A stretch of 64,000 nucleotides of DNA from the human T2T-CHM13v2.0 reference genome, Homo sapiens (GCF_009914755.1 NC_060933.1), one strand, 5' to 3'; positions 12,776 through 27,008 are shown, numbered from the stretch's first letter. The notes: generated by a model not told the origin, from the sequence alone. Translations and numbers: made by a program.

Positions 12776-13793
12776 TGATGCAGGATTTTTCTCGGCCCCT
12801 TTGCCAGGCTTGCAGCAGGAGGTGCCCTGTCTACCCGGCCCACCAGGCCATGTCCGGCTTGTGCTCCAGCCCCTGGCTCCTACAGCTACTGCAACTGTGT
12901 GCTCAGCCCCTGGTAGGTGGTGGGGTGTGAAAGAGCAAGTGCAGGGTCCAGTCAGCTGTTCAAAATGCCAGCACAGTGATGGATTCCATGCAGGACTTGC
13001 TGCTGGACCAGGCATGTTTCCCCAAAAGGAATGTGGTGGCACCCAGGCAGGGGTGCACATGACCCCGAAGAGACTGGAGGGGTGTTGCAACATGCTAATT
13101 AGCTCTTTTAGTCCTGCCATCCACAGCCTGACAGACAGTGGCATGTTAACAGCACAGTCGGCCTCTTGCCCTGCTCTGGACCATAGCTCCAAGGCTGGCT
13201 CAGCCCTGCCATTGCTTCCCATGGTGTAGAGTGGCTGCCCTCCTCTGGCAAAGAACAGATGACCAAAATGTTATAGCTGTCTGAGTACCCACGTTTGGTG
13301 GGTCCTGAATTCTCGTCCCCCATCCAAGAAGAATGAGGATACGCTGACAACCAAAGAGTGAGGGAGGTGGAGATGAATTTTACTGAGTAATGGAATAGCT
13401 CTTAGTGGAGAAGGGATGTGGGGTTGGTCCCTCACCCAAAGTCGGGTGGTTTCTCTTCCAGTGTGGCTGGGTCCGGGGCTTTTATGGGCTCAGAATAGGG
13501 GAGTGCATGATGATTGGCTTGTGAGTATGCAAAAAATAGTTAAAGGCACCACTCAAAGGTAAGCATAACAGTGTAAAAAATCAATTAGAGAAGGGTAAGT
13601 ATATGTAAAATAGGTGAAGGGTGGGGATCAATGAGAGGAAAATGCACCAAATGGGAAGAGAGGTTCTCAATCTAGTCCTTGGATTTACCTGGGACTTGCA
13701 GCTAGGCTTTAAACTCTCTTTGGCTTGAAGGTGTTATTTCATTGGTCGCTCACCCCTGTCCGCCTAGGATTTGTCTATCTCCTGCCACTATCA
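12776..13793 (-). mobile_element. ERV1 solo LTR, LTR1/LTR28-like
   Basis: TG...CA termini with perfect 4-bp TSD TAAA (12772-12775, 13794-13797); reverse strand starts TGATAGTGGCAGGAGATAGACAAATCCTAGG; GC-rich. Confidence 0.85.
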
Positions 13794-15087
13794 TAAACAC
13801 CATTCCAAAGTATTTTAAATTCCTTACAATGGAGTATCAACCAGGCTTTTCTCCTAATAGGGCCCTTCCTTCATAACAAACTATGAATAATTATCTGTCA
13901 CTGTCTTACCAAAGACCAGTTCCCTCTACGGGTGAACAGAAGTAAAGAAGGTGACAAAAATAGGTTGGGGTGACAAAACAAAATGCTTTCCTGCTGTACT
14001 TACTTCTGCTATCTGAGGAATAATTCTTAAGAGAGCAAGGTATTATAGAGCTCAAGCTGGCTCCGAGAAAATGATGCAGTAGGTTTCTCAGTCTTTGGCA
14101 TGTCTCCAGACTCAGCCTTGTTTGTCTCTCCTAACATCTCACCTTTTCTTTCCTGTGCTCCCAAGGGCAGGCTGCACATGTCTACCAGTCCCTATGAAAG
14201 TGTTAGCTGATAATTAAGATGATAGCTAAAGCCTAAGGTGTTAGCTGACACAGTTTAAGGTATAAGCCTCCTGGTGAATTTACACTTTAATCAGGGACTT
14301 TGAAAGGTGAAATCCTAATTTTGTTCTTTTCATTTTCAATGCTCCGTCTTTAATATTTTTTATTATGAATATTCATGAAGAATATTCAACTCATGTAATT
14401 AGGGTGAAATAAACATATTTATAACTAGATCTATCAGTTCCCATAATCTGATCCTCTTTCCATCTGCACTATTTATGAACAACATTCAAAACAAAACAGT
14501 GGCCAAAAAATAGATATATGGACCACATCATGCAGAGCTACTTATAATTGCCTTTATTTCCTTCAGCCAACTCTTTCAAAAGTCAAAATGACTATTAGTA
14601 ACCTTAATTGATATTTAAAATTGAAGCATGGCCAGCATAGGATTCTTAGCTCCTACTAATATGAATAAAATTGGTGTGATTTCTTAACCAAAGAAAAATG
14701 GCACAAACTTGCCAGACAAGTATTTTATTGACCTTGTTCGTATTTATTCTAATTGATTACTTTCAGGGAAGAAAATGTCATAACTTTGGAGGGTGACAAT
14801 ATCTTTGATTATTTTAAAAGTTTTACTTCATTTCACAAATCATTCTTCTGTAATTTCTATGGTTTTCTTAGTATTATATCTGGATAGTACACTTTCACTA
14901 ACTGTATGCTTTCTTACAGTCTGTATTTTATATACAGTTGTTGGTATACCACTTATGACCTTTTCTATCTAGGTAAAGCATTGCCAAGATCTTCACATAA
15001 GATGATTTTCTAACCAAGTCATCCTTCTCCTTTTCATCTGAAATAATTTTATGTTTTTTCATTTAACCTATTTCCAGTTATCAATAT

Positions 15088-15384
<297 letters not shown>

Positions 15385-15429
15385 CAGTTATCAATATTGA
15401 AAGCCAGTTACTGATGATAAGATAGGTAA

Positions 15430-16620
15430 GACTGAACAATGGCTGAACTTATGCATTAATTAATGATTGGGAAACCCCTGAATCTTTGTGCTGTGAGTTG
15501 AGAAGTTTGATCTGGCATCAATGCAAAAAGATGTATAAGAGGCTGAAAGTTATTAAGGGCCTCAGTGTTAGCAAGGCAGAGTGGAAACAGAAGGATGTAC
15601 ATGGGGTTGGACTAAATGCAATATTCCTGCTGTTAGGCAAATGATTACCTGTGGGAGGACGGTGCAACAGATCCAAAAGTTTGAATGACTGTGAGTATAA
15701 AAGTAACACTGAAATCTGAGGATAGTTAGAAGAGGTTTAGGAAGCAAGAGTGAATTCAAATGGAATATACTGAGGTCGAGTTACCAGAAAGATATTTAGA
15801 AATATCTTGAAGATAATATGACATTTTAGAGGTGACGCTAAGAGAATACATATGTCTAGAGAATTATATTTCAGAATTTAAATTAGTAGAATTGAGAAGT
15901 AAGTTTTTGTTCCCAGAAAGAGGATAAGATGAACCAGGAGTGCCAGTGAACAAAAAAAATCTTTGAGAAATATGCAAAAATAAGAAATGGGAGGAAGGAA
16001 TGATGACCAAAGAGACTAAAAAGGAGTAATCTGGGAGGTGGAGTGAGAACTGGTGTCATATATTTCACAGAAAATGAGGGTTCAGAAATATTAAAAAGAG
16101 ATGTCATGTCTAGTATTAATAGCTGTCATTAATATGCACTAGACCCTTTACTAAGTACTTTAAGTACCTTATCTCATTTAGAGTTCAGAACATCTCTTTA
16201 AAATAGAAGCATTAGTTGCACAAAGTAATAAGTCTCAGAGTTTCCTAAGGGCAACTATTCAGAAATTAACAAAGCTAGATTTTGAATCTCAGGCTGTATG
16301 AATGCGATGTAACCACCTACCTACATTATCTTAAAAAATGACTGTATCCTAAGATTGAGAATGAAAAAGGGTCAAAGTGTTTGTTAACTAAAGAGTGATC
16401 TCTGAAAGAGTAGTTTGGGATATGTATCAGGATAGAAGCTTAGTGATAAATAATTGAGATGTGAATGCACAGTAGACATTGTAGAGAGTGACAAGAAATT
16501 TGGCCCTGAAAACAGACAGCTTAGTTTGATGGGTTAGCTGAGTAGAACGAAGGAAATACATTAAATGCTCTCTCTCTCTCTTTTTAATGATTAAGGAAAC
16601 TAGAAAATCACTATGTGTTA
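15430..16620 (-). mobile_element. Degraded L2 (antisense) with a nested MIR at about 16120-16320
   Basis: Purine-rich L2-like tracts; MIR signature CTAAGTACTTTAAGTACCTTATCTCATTTA..GATTTTGAATCTCAGGCTGT. Confidence 0.5.
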
Positions 16621-17539
16621 ACAGAATCGTTTTACATTTGTAATATGGTAGTTCTGTGGGTCATTGACTCAGAGATGAAAGCTGACACAATTGAATAGCA
16701 ATTTATGCTCACTGATGCATCACTGGGAAATGACCTAAATTAGATAGCCCTTTTTAAAAGTAATTACATACATGACATTAAAGAAAGTGAAATGCTAAAA
16801 TACTAGGCAGAAATAAAAAAGAATTACATTAATCTTGTAGAAAATAATGCTTGTTTTGTTGAAGAAATATTAGTATCCATAAACTTTAGACTCTATCACT
16901 TCCTGGCACAGATATATAAGTTACAAAAATCTGAAAATATATACATATTCATAAGCCTGGGATGGTGCTTTTCAAAGTTAAAAGAAAGTGACCAGAGCCT
17001 TAATTTTATTTTTCTTCTTCCAAGACATGAGTAATTTTATAATTGTATGATATATTATAGTAACATAATGCAAAGCATGTCTGGCTGAGAGCCACTATTG
17101 TGGCTCTTGTGAGAAGATTTGTATAACTGATATTTTGATTGAAGGTTCTAATTAATTCGACAACATTATCCAAACTTTGAAGAAACTAAACATATTAGAG
17201 TATGAGATAGAACATTGGTGTATTTTGTAAAATTTCATTTGATATGGCCCACAAAGGTGGAAGAAAATTCATTATTTATTAATATTTATAATATCATTTT
17301 TCTAAGGGACAGAAGACATGTACTTTTTCATGCTGGGGCAGCTGGCACTTAATTCAAATGCACTGTTCTTCACTCTAACACATTAAAAGACATTTTGACA
17401 CAAATAATGCACATTTTTAATACCTTCAAATATAAGCATACACGTAAAACACATTAAATGATTGTCTATGGGCAGTATATAGGCCAGGATACGAACACAC
17501 ACACACAGACACCTACAGACACACACACATACACACTTC

Positions 17540-17850
17540 TTTTGTCTAGGTGTGGCCATGTGACCAAGTTATCACTAAGTAAATGAGAGTAGAAACAAAA
17601 TATGCACTCACTAGAGGGCCTCTTCTATCTATAGGAAATGTCTCTTTGGGCTTTCTCTCCTTCATGCGGATATGCAGTCACCCAGTTCTGACTATATAGA
17701 AGACACAATTACCTTGGAAAGAGCAGCCCAACAGTATGGAAAAAATATTCCTTGAATGACCTCAGGAAAAAATGTTTTCTTCATAGCCTAGACTTTACTG
17801 ACTGTTATAGAAAGGAAAGAGATAATAATAGTAATACATTGTATTGAAGC
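17540..17850 (+). mobile_element. Old ERVL/MaLR LTR fragment (LTR33/LTR16/MLT1J-like)
   Basis: CTAGGTGTGGCCATGTGACCAAGTT motif. Confidence 0.5.
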
Positions 17851-18129
17851 AAGCTTTATTCTCAGTTGAATCAGAATTCCAAGGGAAGAGACTAAGATGT
17901 GTTTGCCTTGTCATTGACCACCAATAACAATGACATTCACATGCAAGGCTGAAAGTTTTGTACCACTAACTGTCCCCAAGAAAGCCTGATTGGAAAGTAT
18001 TATTAATTGTAAGTTAGAACAAAATAATCTTTTTGGAAAGGGCTGTAAATTATCTAAAATCTTCCATTTTTCTTCTTAATTATACAATTTTTCCTAATTT
18101 ACACAAATTAGGAAAAGAAAATTCCTATC

Positions 18130-18690
18130 TTTATTGCTCAAGATTCTCATTCTACACTCATCCCACAGGTAGCCTTGCCCGGCTCACAGAAGTACATTTT
18201 ATTTTATAAATACATATACTTGCCCATGCAATTTTCCATAATAAAATCATGTAAGCCATAATATTTAAATAACTTTTTTTCATTCACAAAAATATTATGG
18301 ACAGATTCCATGTTCAGCACATATAGTTCTACCTCTATTTTTTCTGGAAATGCTGCTTAGTATTTGATTCTATTCCTCTGCAAATAGTGGAATAGTCATT
18401 TATCATGGTTATTTAGATTGCTATCAGTATTTTTCTATTACAATATATGTTTTAATAAGTTGTTCACAGGTGTGTATATAGATTAATATGTATTTATGTA
18501 CTCAAGCTACTATTTCTCTAGCTAGATTCATAGAAGTATTGTTATTCTGAATACAGCAAGCATAATTCATCCTAAAATCTTTCCCCCAAAATGTTGGCCC
18601 CACAAATAATATATTAGAATATCCATTCTCTACACTCTCACCACCAGATGTTAGGTTTTCATCTTCAGAATATGATTAATTAAAGTTTTT
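18130..18690 (-). mobile_element. L1ME-type fragment (antisense)
   Basis: GGTTATTTAGATTGCTATCAGTATTTTTCTATTACAAT..CATAGAAGT..CCATTCTCTACACTCTCACCA. Confidence 0.5.
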
Positions 18691-20552
18691 GTAAGTGGCC
18701 AATATCAGTTATAGAGACACATGACATCTCTAAGTAAAATGTGTGAGGAGAATTATTTAAATATCGAAGTTCACTCAGATAACATAAAGTAGGGTAATGG
18801 CTACTAACAGTTGGTGTGTGTTATATATGGTTAACTTTCTGTTAGGAAGCATAGTAATTACATTGCCCCTTTTTAACCTTTCAAAATATATGTAATGTAA
18901 ATGTTCTCTTTTTGTTCATATTGTTCCCTCTAGAAGCATCAGATGGTGTAATCTGGATTTACACCATCACGGTAATTGAAACATGAATATATTTGAATTG
19001 CTTTCACAATTGTGAAGCCTGAATTTAATTATTTTTCTTAAGATGGGTAGTAGGATACAATCACAAAAATAAACAATATATTCCCTGCTGTTCATGGCAC
19101 TGTGTCAAGTACTATACAGCATGAAGCTAATACAGAGGACATTACGTTAATTCTCAAAGATTTGCATTTGAAATTCTTTAGGATATAACATGGAATGAAG
19201 TTGATTGTGATTTAAAATAATCTCATATTCTTTTATTCATTTCTATTTTTCTTTGCTACTTTCCATCTTTTTGTATGCAAGGATGAGGGAAATAATTGAC
19301 TATTTTCAGAAAGAGTAAAAGAGAAATGACTAGAAAACACGATGTAGTAGAGTAACTGAGAAACTTCAAGCAATGTAAAGCAAATGGGGCTTTAAAAGAT
19401 GACACCTAGAAAATCTGATTTTCCCAGAGTCTGAATTACTAGAATGGGAAAAACTATACAGAAAACAGAATAGTGAAAACGTGTGCAATAAAAATGAAAT
19501 ACACCATTTTATCACCTCAGAAATCAGACCAATAATAAATAAATATTCTGTGAAATGCAGGCTTTGCCATTAAGATATCAAAAGCCTTTATACCAAAGTG
19601 GCAAGTTCTTTAAAAGAAATGAAAGCAAATTCCAAATTGAGGGTATTGTTCAATTTAAAAATTTATAAGATCCTGTGATTCCTCACACAAATGTAATACG
19701 GTGCAGAACAACACCAAATTACCATTCTGCCCTCATCCTACGCCTGAGGAGTACATTACTGGGAGGAAGACAGGTTTCAAATAATATCAGAGAAACATAT
19801 AGAGTAAATGTGTGTGCAAAATTCCCAGTTGTGCTTGTTTAATTAGATGCTGGTAACAGCAGCAAACAATAGTAAAGAAGGCATGGAAATAGAGTGTTAA
19901 TGAGATTCAAATAAATCAGATATCACTGTTGGAATACAGATAAACGACAAGCTCCAGTATATCTGCATTTTAATCAGCCTGATCACAGTTTTGATGAATG
20001 TGCCAAAGGGACTGTTCTTTGCTCTGTTTTCATAGTGAGTGAAAGGCAACAAAAGGAGCAGTTTTGATTTTTACACTTCCTGACAGATGAGTCATATGGG
20101 ATTAATGTTGGAATTCATTAAAGCTAGAATTCTACCTAAGGATCATATTTCACAGGATATATACATTACCATTTTATAAAGGTGACATTTAAGAGCCTGG
20201 TTAGCTATTTAACAGATTTTGGCAATTGGACAGGACCTAAGTATATACACATGATATTACTAAATATATATGCATACATAAACACACAACACAAAGTGTG
20301 CTACATTGCTTAGGAAAATATTCTGAGCCATACACAAAAAAATTAATTTTGCTGGTATTAAATAAAAGCAAGAACTCCCAAATACAGAGTCATTCTCATT
20401 ATCTAACCATGCATTAACCAAGTTTCTAGAACTGCAAGATATTTTAAGAAGAAAAATTATTTTATTAGGTAAATATTTACTAATAAATTAACTGCTAAAG
20501 ATCAGCCGCCAACTAGGTACTCACCACTTAACATTAGAGTTTATTCCACTTG

Positions 20553-20765
20553 GGTCAGGCACAGTGGCTCATGTCTATCCTCCCAGCACTTTGGGAGGTC
20601 AAGGATCACTTGAAGCCAGGAGATCAAGAACAGCTTGGGAAAGATAGCAAGACCGGGTATCTATAAAAACTGAAAAAAAAAAAAAATTGGCTAGGGTTGC
20701 TGACACACACCCGTAGTTCAGGCTATAGACCTAGTTACTCCCTTGTCCCAAAAAAAGAAAACAAA
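20553..20765 (+). mobile_element. AluJ with most of the right arm deleted
   Basis: GGTCAGGCACAGTGGCTCATG..CCCAGCACTTTGGGAGG, A-rich linker, start of right arm, A tail. Confidence 0.85.
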
Positions 20766-22038
20766 AGAATTCATTGCACATGGATAAGTCAGTCTTATAC
20801 TGAATCTCAGGTGTATAAAACATTGACATTATAGTGCAAATATAATAGAAAATAAGATCCAATGAAAATTACAGATCTTGAAAAGATGCAAGATTTTATG
20901 AAGTTGATGAAATTGCTGGAGAACTGCTCAAATAATCTACAAGAACTTGACAAAGGAGATTTTTTGATAATTAAAATGGATAACGGTCAAGTTAATTTTC
21001 AAACAATGTTTAATACTTCCAAAGAGGATGTCTTGAAGATCAAAAGACCTAGGATCATTGAAGAATGGTAACACTCCTGAATATTTTTCCTAAATACCAA
21101 TTTTGAGAACACATTATGGAAGCCAAAGATGAAGCAAGATATACTATATCACACCACCAAATAATACTTTTAGAAACAAAATTTGATTAATAATCATTTA
21201 TTAATATTTAATTTGTCCTAAATTTCAGATCACATATGTAATTATGAATCAGAATTTTTCTCAATACACAAAAATATTTTTAAAAATAACATTTTAAACA
21301 TTTTTTCTTCATTTACTATTAATTTAGACACTCCCATCTGTGCCTGCAATATAAGTTTGAATCACTGAACTTATCTGATTGACTTCTTTAGGCTAAAATA
21401 TCTATCATTCTGCTAGGCCGGGCATGAATAAGACATAGCTCCTCTACAGAAGCTCACAGTTTACTGTAAAGAACATTCATGTAAACAATAACAGTATTCC
21501 ACTGTGATAACCAGAATAAAAGTTGTAAATTAAAATGTGAAATTTAAATGCAAAATTTGGTATCTTGGGTCACAGAAAAAAACACATAGATTCTATTTGG
21601 TAGAGAAACAAATGAAGTCATATTTTTTGTACCTGTCTATACTTTTCTTAATTATGAAGATTCATTTGATATTGTTATGAATATATGTGTTTGTATTAGT
21701 TTATATTTTCTATATTTGCCACATTTTATGTTAATCTTTTCTCTCCTAGCATGCATAATTTATCTCTGACAGTATTTCACAACATTAAATCAGCTTGGGG
21801 AATATAAAAGGACATCATAACTGTAATTCTGAAAGATTCCAGGAAAAGAAAGATGGCTGTGTGAAAACATGTACTTGGTCTGAGAATGACAAAGGGTAAA
21901 CATATAAAAAATTAGAAATCTTTAGAAATAAGTGCTACAAATTGATTTACTGAAGTGGTAGTCTAATTTTGCTCTTTTGCAAGAAAAATATCTAACAAAT
22001 ATCAAGTCTATATAGCTTGTCAGTTGCTTTTTCAGATA

Positions 22039-22721
22039 CAGTCATGTAACATACAACCATAATTTGGTCAAGAATTGACCACATATACTATGGTGGTTTC
22101 ATAAAATTACAATGGAGCTGAAAAATATCTGTTGCCTAATGATTACTTGATGAAAAGTATATAGAAAAGGAATACAAAAAAGAAAATATTTTTCTATAGC
22201 CATAGAACCGTGCTTTTTAAGGTGTTACTGTAAAAGAGTCAAAAGTTTTAAAACTTTAAAATTTATAAACCTAAAAATGTTACAGTAAGCTAAGGTTAAT
22301 TTATTATTAAAGAAAGAAAATTATAAAATAACTTCAGTGAAGTCTAAGCTTACAGTGTTTGTAAAGCCTACAGTAGTTAGTGTACAGTAATATCCCAGGT
22401 CCTCACATTCACTCACCACTCACTCAGAGCTTTAGTCCCGTAAGCTTCATTCATGCTAAGTACCCTATACAAGTGTAGCATTTTTAATCTTGTATATCAT
22501 ATTTTTAGTGTACCTTTTCCATGTTTAGTCTTGTTTAGATGTACAAACACTTACCATAGTGTTACAGTTGCCTACAATATTCAGTTCAGTAACATGCTAA
22601 ACAGGTTTGTAGCTTAGGAGCAATAGGCTATACTATATAGCCTAGGTGCATAGTAGAATTTTCCATCTAGCTTTGTTTAAGCACACTCTATAATATTCAC
22701 ACAATGATGAAATTGCCTAAT
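22039..22721 (+). mobile_element. Tigger3 (Golem) non-autonomous derivative
   Basis: TA-CAGTCATG..ATGGTGGTTTCATAAAATTACAATGGAGCTGAAAAAT..AGGAGCAATAGGCTATACTATATAGCCTAGGTG; right TIR missing. Confidence 0.85.
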
Positions 22722-23851
22722 TTGGGGGACGTATGCTATGTCCTCTGGATAAATAATTTTCTATTTCTAAATTAAAACCCTAGAGAGTGACCATACATCT
22801 TAGTTTGCCTGTGATATAACTTGTTCATATCACATGTATTAAGCCACCTTAATGTTTATAAAGACTTTTTTATTCTTAGTGTCCTGGTATAGAAAATGAA
22901 TTATCTGCTTATCGTCCATGGTAGACTGTATTTATGTGAGTAAAAATGTAATATAAAATACATACTCTGCAGCAGAGATACTAGAGACTGCCTGCCATAA
23001 AGTAATTGCTCTTTACTGAATAAAATGTGTGTGTTTCCAAATAAAAATTTATGTGGATTAGACCACAGTCTGAGCATGTGTTGTAACAGTGGATGCAAAT
23101 CACTATATGGCTATTGCATAAACTTCATTTTCTGAAAATTTGTGTGTGTATTTTACAATTCTTTGGAAACTGAATAAATTTTGCAAATAAATATTTTTTA
23201 AAATAACAGAATTCATCATTTTAAGATAAGCTTCTATTCTTTATATTTTTAAGGAAAATATTACCAATTAATTCACGACCTGCCATTGATTTTCAGACAT
23301 ATCTGATTTTCAGACATGTTAACAGGTAGATTAAAAATTGAAAAAAAGCAGTACAATATTTCTACTCTGTGTAATAACAAATTAATAAAATGGTATTACT
23401 GGTTATCACATTATTTACTCTTTATAAATATATCTGTGTTAAGTAGACATCAGTGCATCAATTTTCCTGTGGAGGTCATCATATTCTGTTCTGTGGGATC
23501 ATAATTTAACAAGTCAGGAGGCTGTGCAATATATCTTTCAAATGTTTAATATTTCTAGATATCTCACTTATGTTATATGTGAATTCAACATTGCACTTAT
23601 TTATATTGAACATGTTATGGTGCCAGAATCTTTCCTAATGATAATATTCACCCATTTTGACTTATGAATATTTGTTTAATAACCCATTTAGGTCAGGCAC
23701 AAAATCAAAATAACTCTATAATAGTGCATTTGGGGAAGGTTCATTTTAACAATTCAGTGTATTTTCTTATTTGCAATCACATAGAATAGGGTTGGCTCTC
23801 AAGCCTGAAGTTAAGCTGGAGTTTAACACATATATGGAGAAAAGACATTTG

Positions 23852-24861
<1,010 letters not shown>

Positions 24862-25267
24862 TGTGATGATTGACTGTCGATTTTATTGGATTGAAGGATG
24901 CAAACTATTGTTCCTGAGTGTGTCTGTGAGGTTGTTGCAAAAGGAGATTAACAGTTGAGTTAGTGGACTGGGAGAGGCAGACCCACCCTCAATCTGGGTG
25001 GGTACCATCTAATCAGTTGCCAGCATGGCTAGAATAAAGAAGGCAGAAGAGGGTGGAAAGAGTAGACTTGCTGAGTCTTCTGGCCTTCATCTTTCTCTTG
25101 TGCTGGATGCTTCCTGCCCTCAAACATCAGATTCCAAGTTCTTCAGCTTTTTGACTCTTGGTCTTACACCAGTGGTCTTGCACTTACACCAATGCAGACT
25201 GAAGGCTGCACTGTTGGCTTCCTTACTTTTGAGGTTTTAGGACTTGCACTGGTTTCCTTGCTCTCAG
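24862..25267 (+). mobile_element. MLT2A (HERV-L) LTR, 3'-truncated
   Basis: TGTGATG..GGATTGAAGGATGCAAA..GGACTGGGAGAGGCAGACCCACCCTCAATCTGGGTGGG. Confidence 0.88.
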
Positions 25268-25334
25268 AAGCAAGAATGCAAGCAAAAAGATAACGGAATA
25301 AGATTTCTAAAATATTTTTGAAAACTAAATATCA

Positions 25335-25652
25335 TCTTTGCTGCAGCATGGTTGGAGCTGGAGGCCATTATCCTAAGCAAACAAACACAAGAAAAGCAAA
25401 CCAAATGCTGCGTGTTCTCACTAGTAAGTGGGAGCTGAACACTGAGTATATATGAACACAAAGAAAGGAACAACAGACACTGGAGCCTACTTGAAAGTGA
25501 AGGGTGGGTGGAGAGTGAAGATCGAAAACTACCTATCAAGTACTATGCTTATTACCTCCGTGATGAAATAATCTGTACACAAAACCCCTATGACACACAA
25601 TTTACTTAAATAGCAAACCTGCACATATACCCTAAATTTAAAATAAATAGAC
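25335..25652 (+). mobile_element. 5'-truncated L1PA15/16-type 3' end
   Basis: GGAGCTGGAGGCCATTATCCTAAGC..AAACTACCTATC..GTGATGAAATAATCTGTAC; TSD AAATATCA at 25327-25334 and 25653-25660. Confidence 0.85.
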
Positions 25653-27008
25653 AAATATCAACCCAAAATTTTATGCCCAAAGCAAATATCTTTCCAAATT
25701 GGAGACAAACTAAACTTTTTCCGAAACTCAAAGTAATTTATCTCCAGAAGACCCAACAAATGTTTAAAGAAGTCCTTCATAAAGGAAAATGATAGCAGGG
25801 AGAAATATGAATCAACATGAAGGAACGAAAAAATGCTGGAATTAGTGTCTATAAGGCAAAATACAAGAGAGTGTTTTTCTTGTTACTTAAATATCTCTGG
25901 AAGATAACTGTTTAAATAAAAATGATAAAAATGTAATGTGACATATGAAGTAACAGATGATAAATAAAATGTATACCAATTATATATAAAGGGCAAGAGG
26001 GGAAAAAGGAAGTATATACTTGTATGGTTATTGTGCTATATGCGAAGTGGTATCACTTCTGAGAGGGGACTAGGAAAATTTCAAAGTAGTTGTTATAAAT
26101 TTTAGACTAGTCACTATTGTAACAAAAAATAGTTATCACTAATAGGCCAATAAAGAAGATAAAGTTCTATTATAATTACTCAATTAATCTAAAGGAATGC
26201 AAAATAAGAAGGTAAAGGAGAAAGAAGTAAAGAAAAATAAAAAACAAATATCATGATTATAGATTAATTCTAAGCATATCAATAATCATAGTAAATGTAA
26301 CTGGTACAAATGATACAATTAAAAAGCAGAGATTGTCAATTAAATAACAAACAATAAACAGCTACCTGCTACTTAAATATGTTTCAAACATAAAGACTCA
26401 CAGATGTTAAAATTAAATTATGCAGAAAGATATGTCAAGTAGCACTAACAAAAGGTAACTTGGAGTGTGTCTATTGCTATCAGATAAGGTCGTTTTCCGA
26501 GTAAAGCATATTACCAGGAATAAGGAAAGGCATTTTATAATGATAAAGGAGTTTACTTATCAAGACAGTATAACAATCATAAACAATTATGCACTTTATA
26601 ACAAAGTTTAAAAATACCTAAAAAAATACTTATAGAAGTTAGGAAAAATAGAAATTTCAGAGTTATAATCAGAGATGACATTTACAGAACGCTCTATCCA
26701 ACAACAGCAGAATAAACATTCTTTTTAAGTGCACATGAAACATTTAATAAGATAGGCTTACTCTGGACAACAAGACAAGTCTAAATACATTCAAAATAAT
26801 TCAGCTCATACAAAGTATGTTCTCAGACCAGTATGGAATTTAAGTAGTAATCAATACCAGAAAAAAATGTTCAAATGCTTGAAACATAACTAATAGACTT
26901 CTAAAAAAAATTATACCTTAAAAAAAGAATCAAATTGGAGAGTATTTTACCCTTATTGCAAAGACACATCATTTCAAAATTTGCATAAAGCCATTCAAGA
27001 AGCATTGA

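Noticed and set aside
12687-13350. Longest ORFs (180 aa on +, 153 aa on -)
   Set aside because: They lie almost wholly in a GC-rich solo LTR, show no recognisable domain, and are open on both strands because of base composition
24878-24895. DUX4 site in MLT2A
   Set aside because: The expected TGATTGGATTG reads TTATTGGATTG here, so the core is mutated
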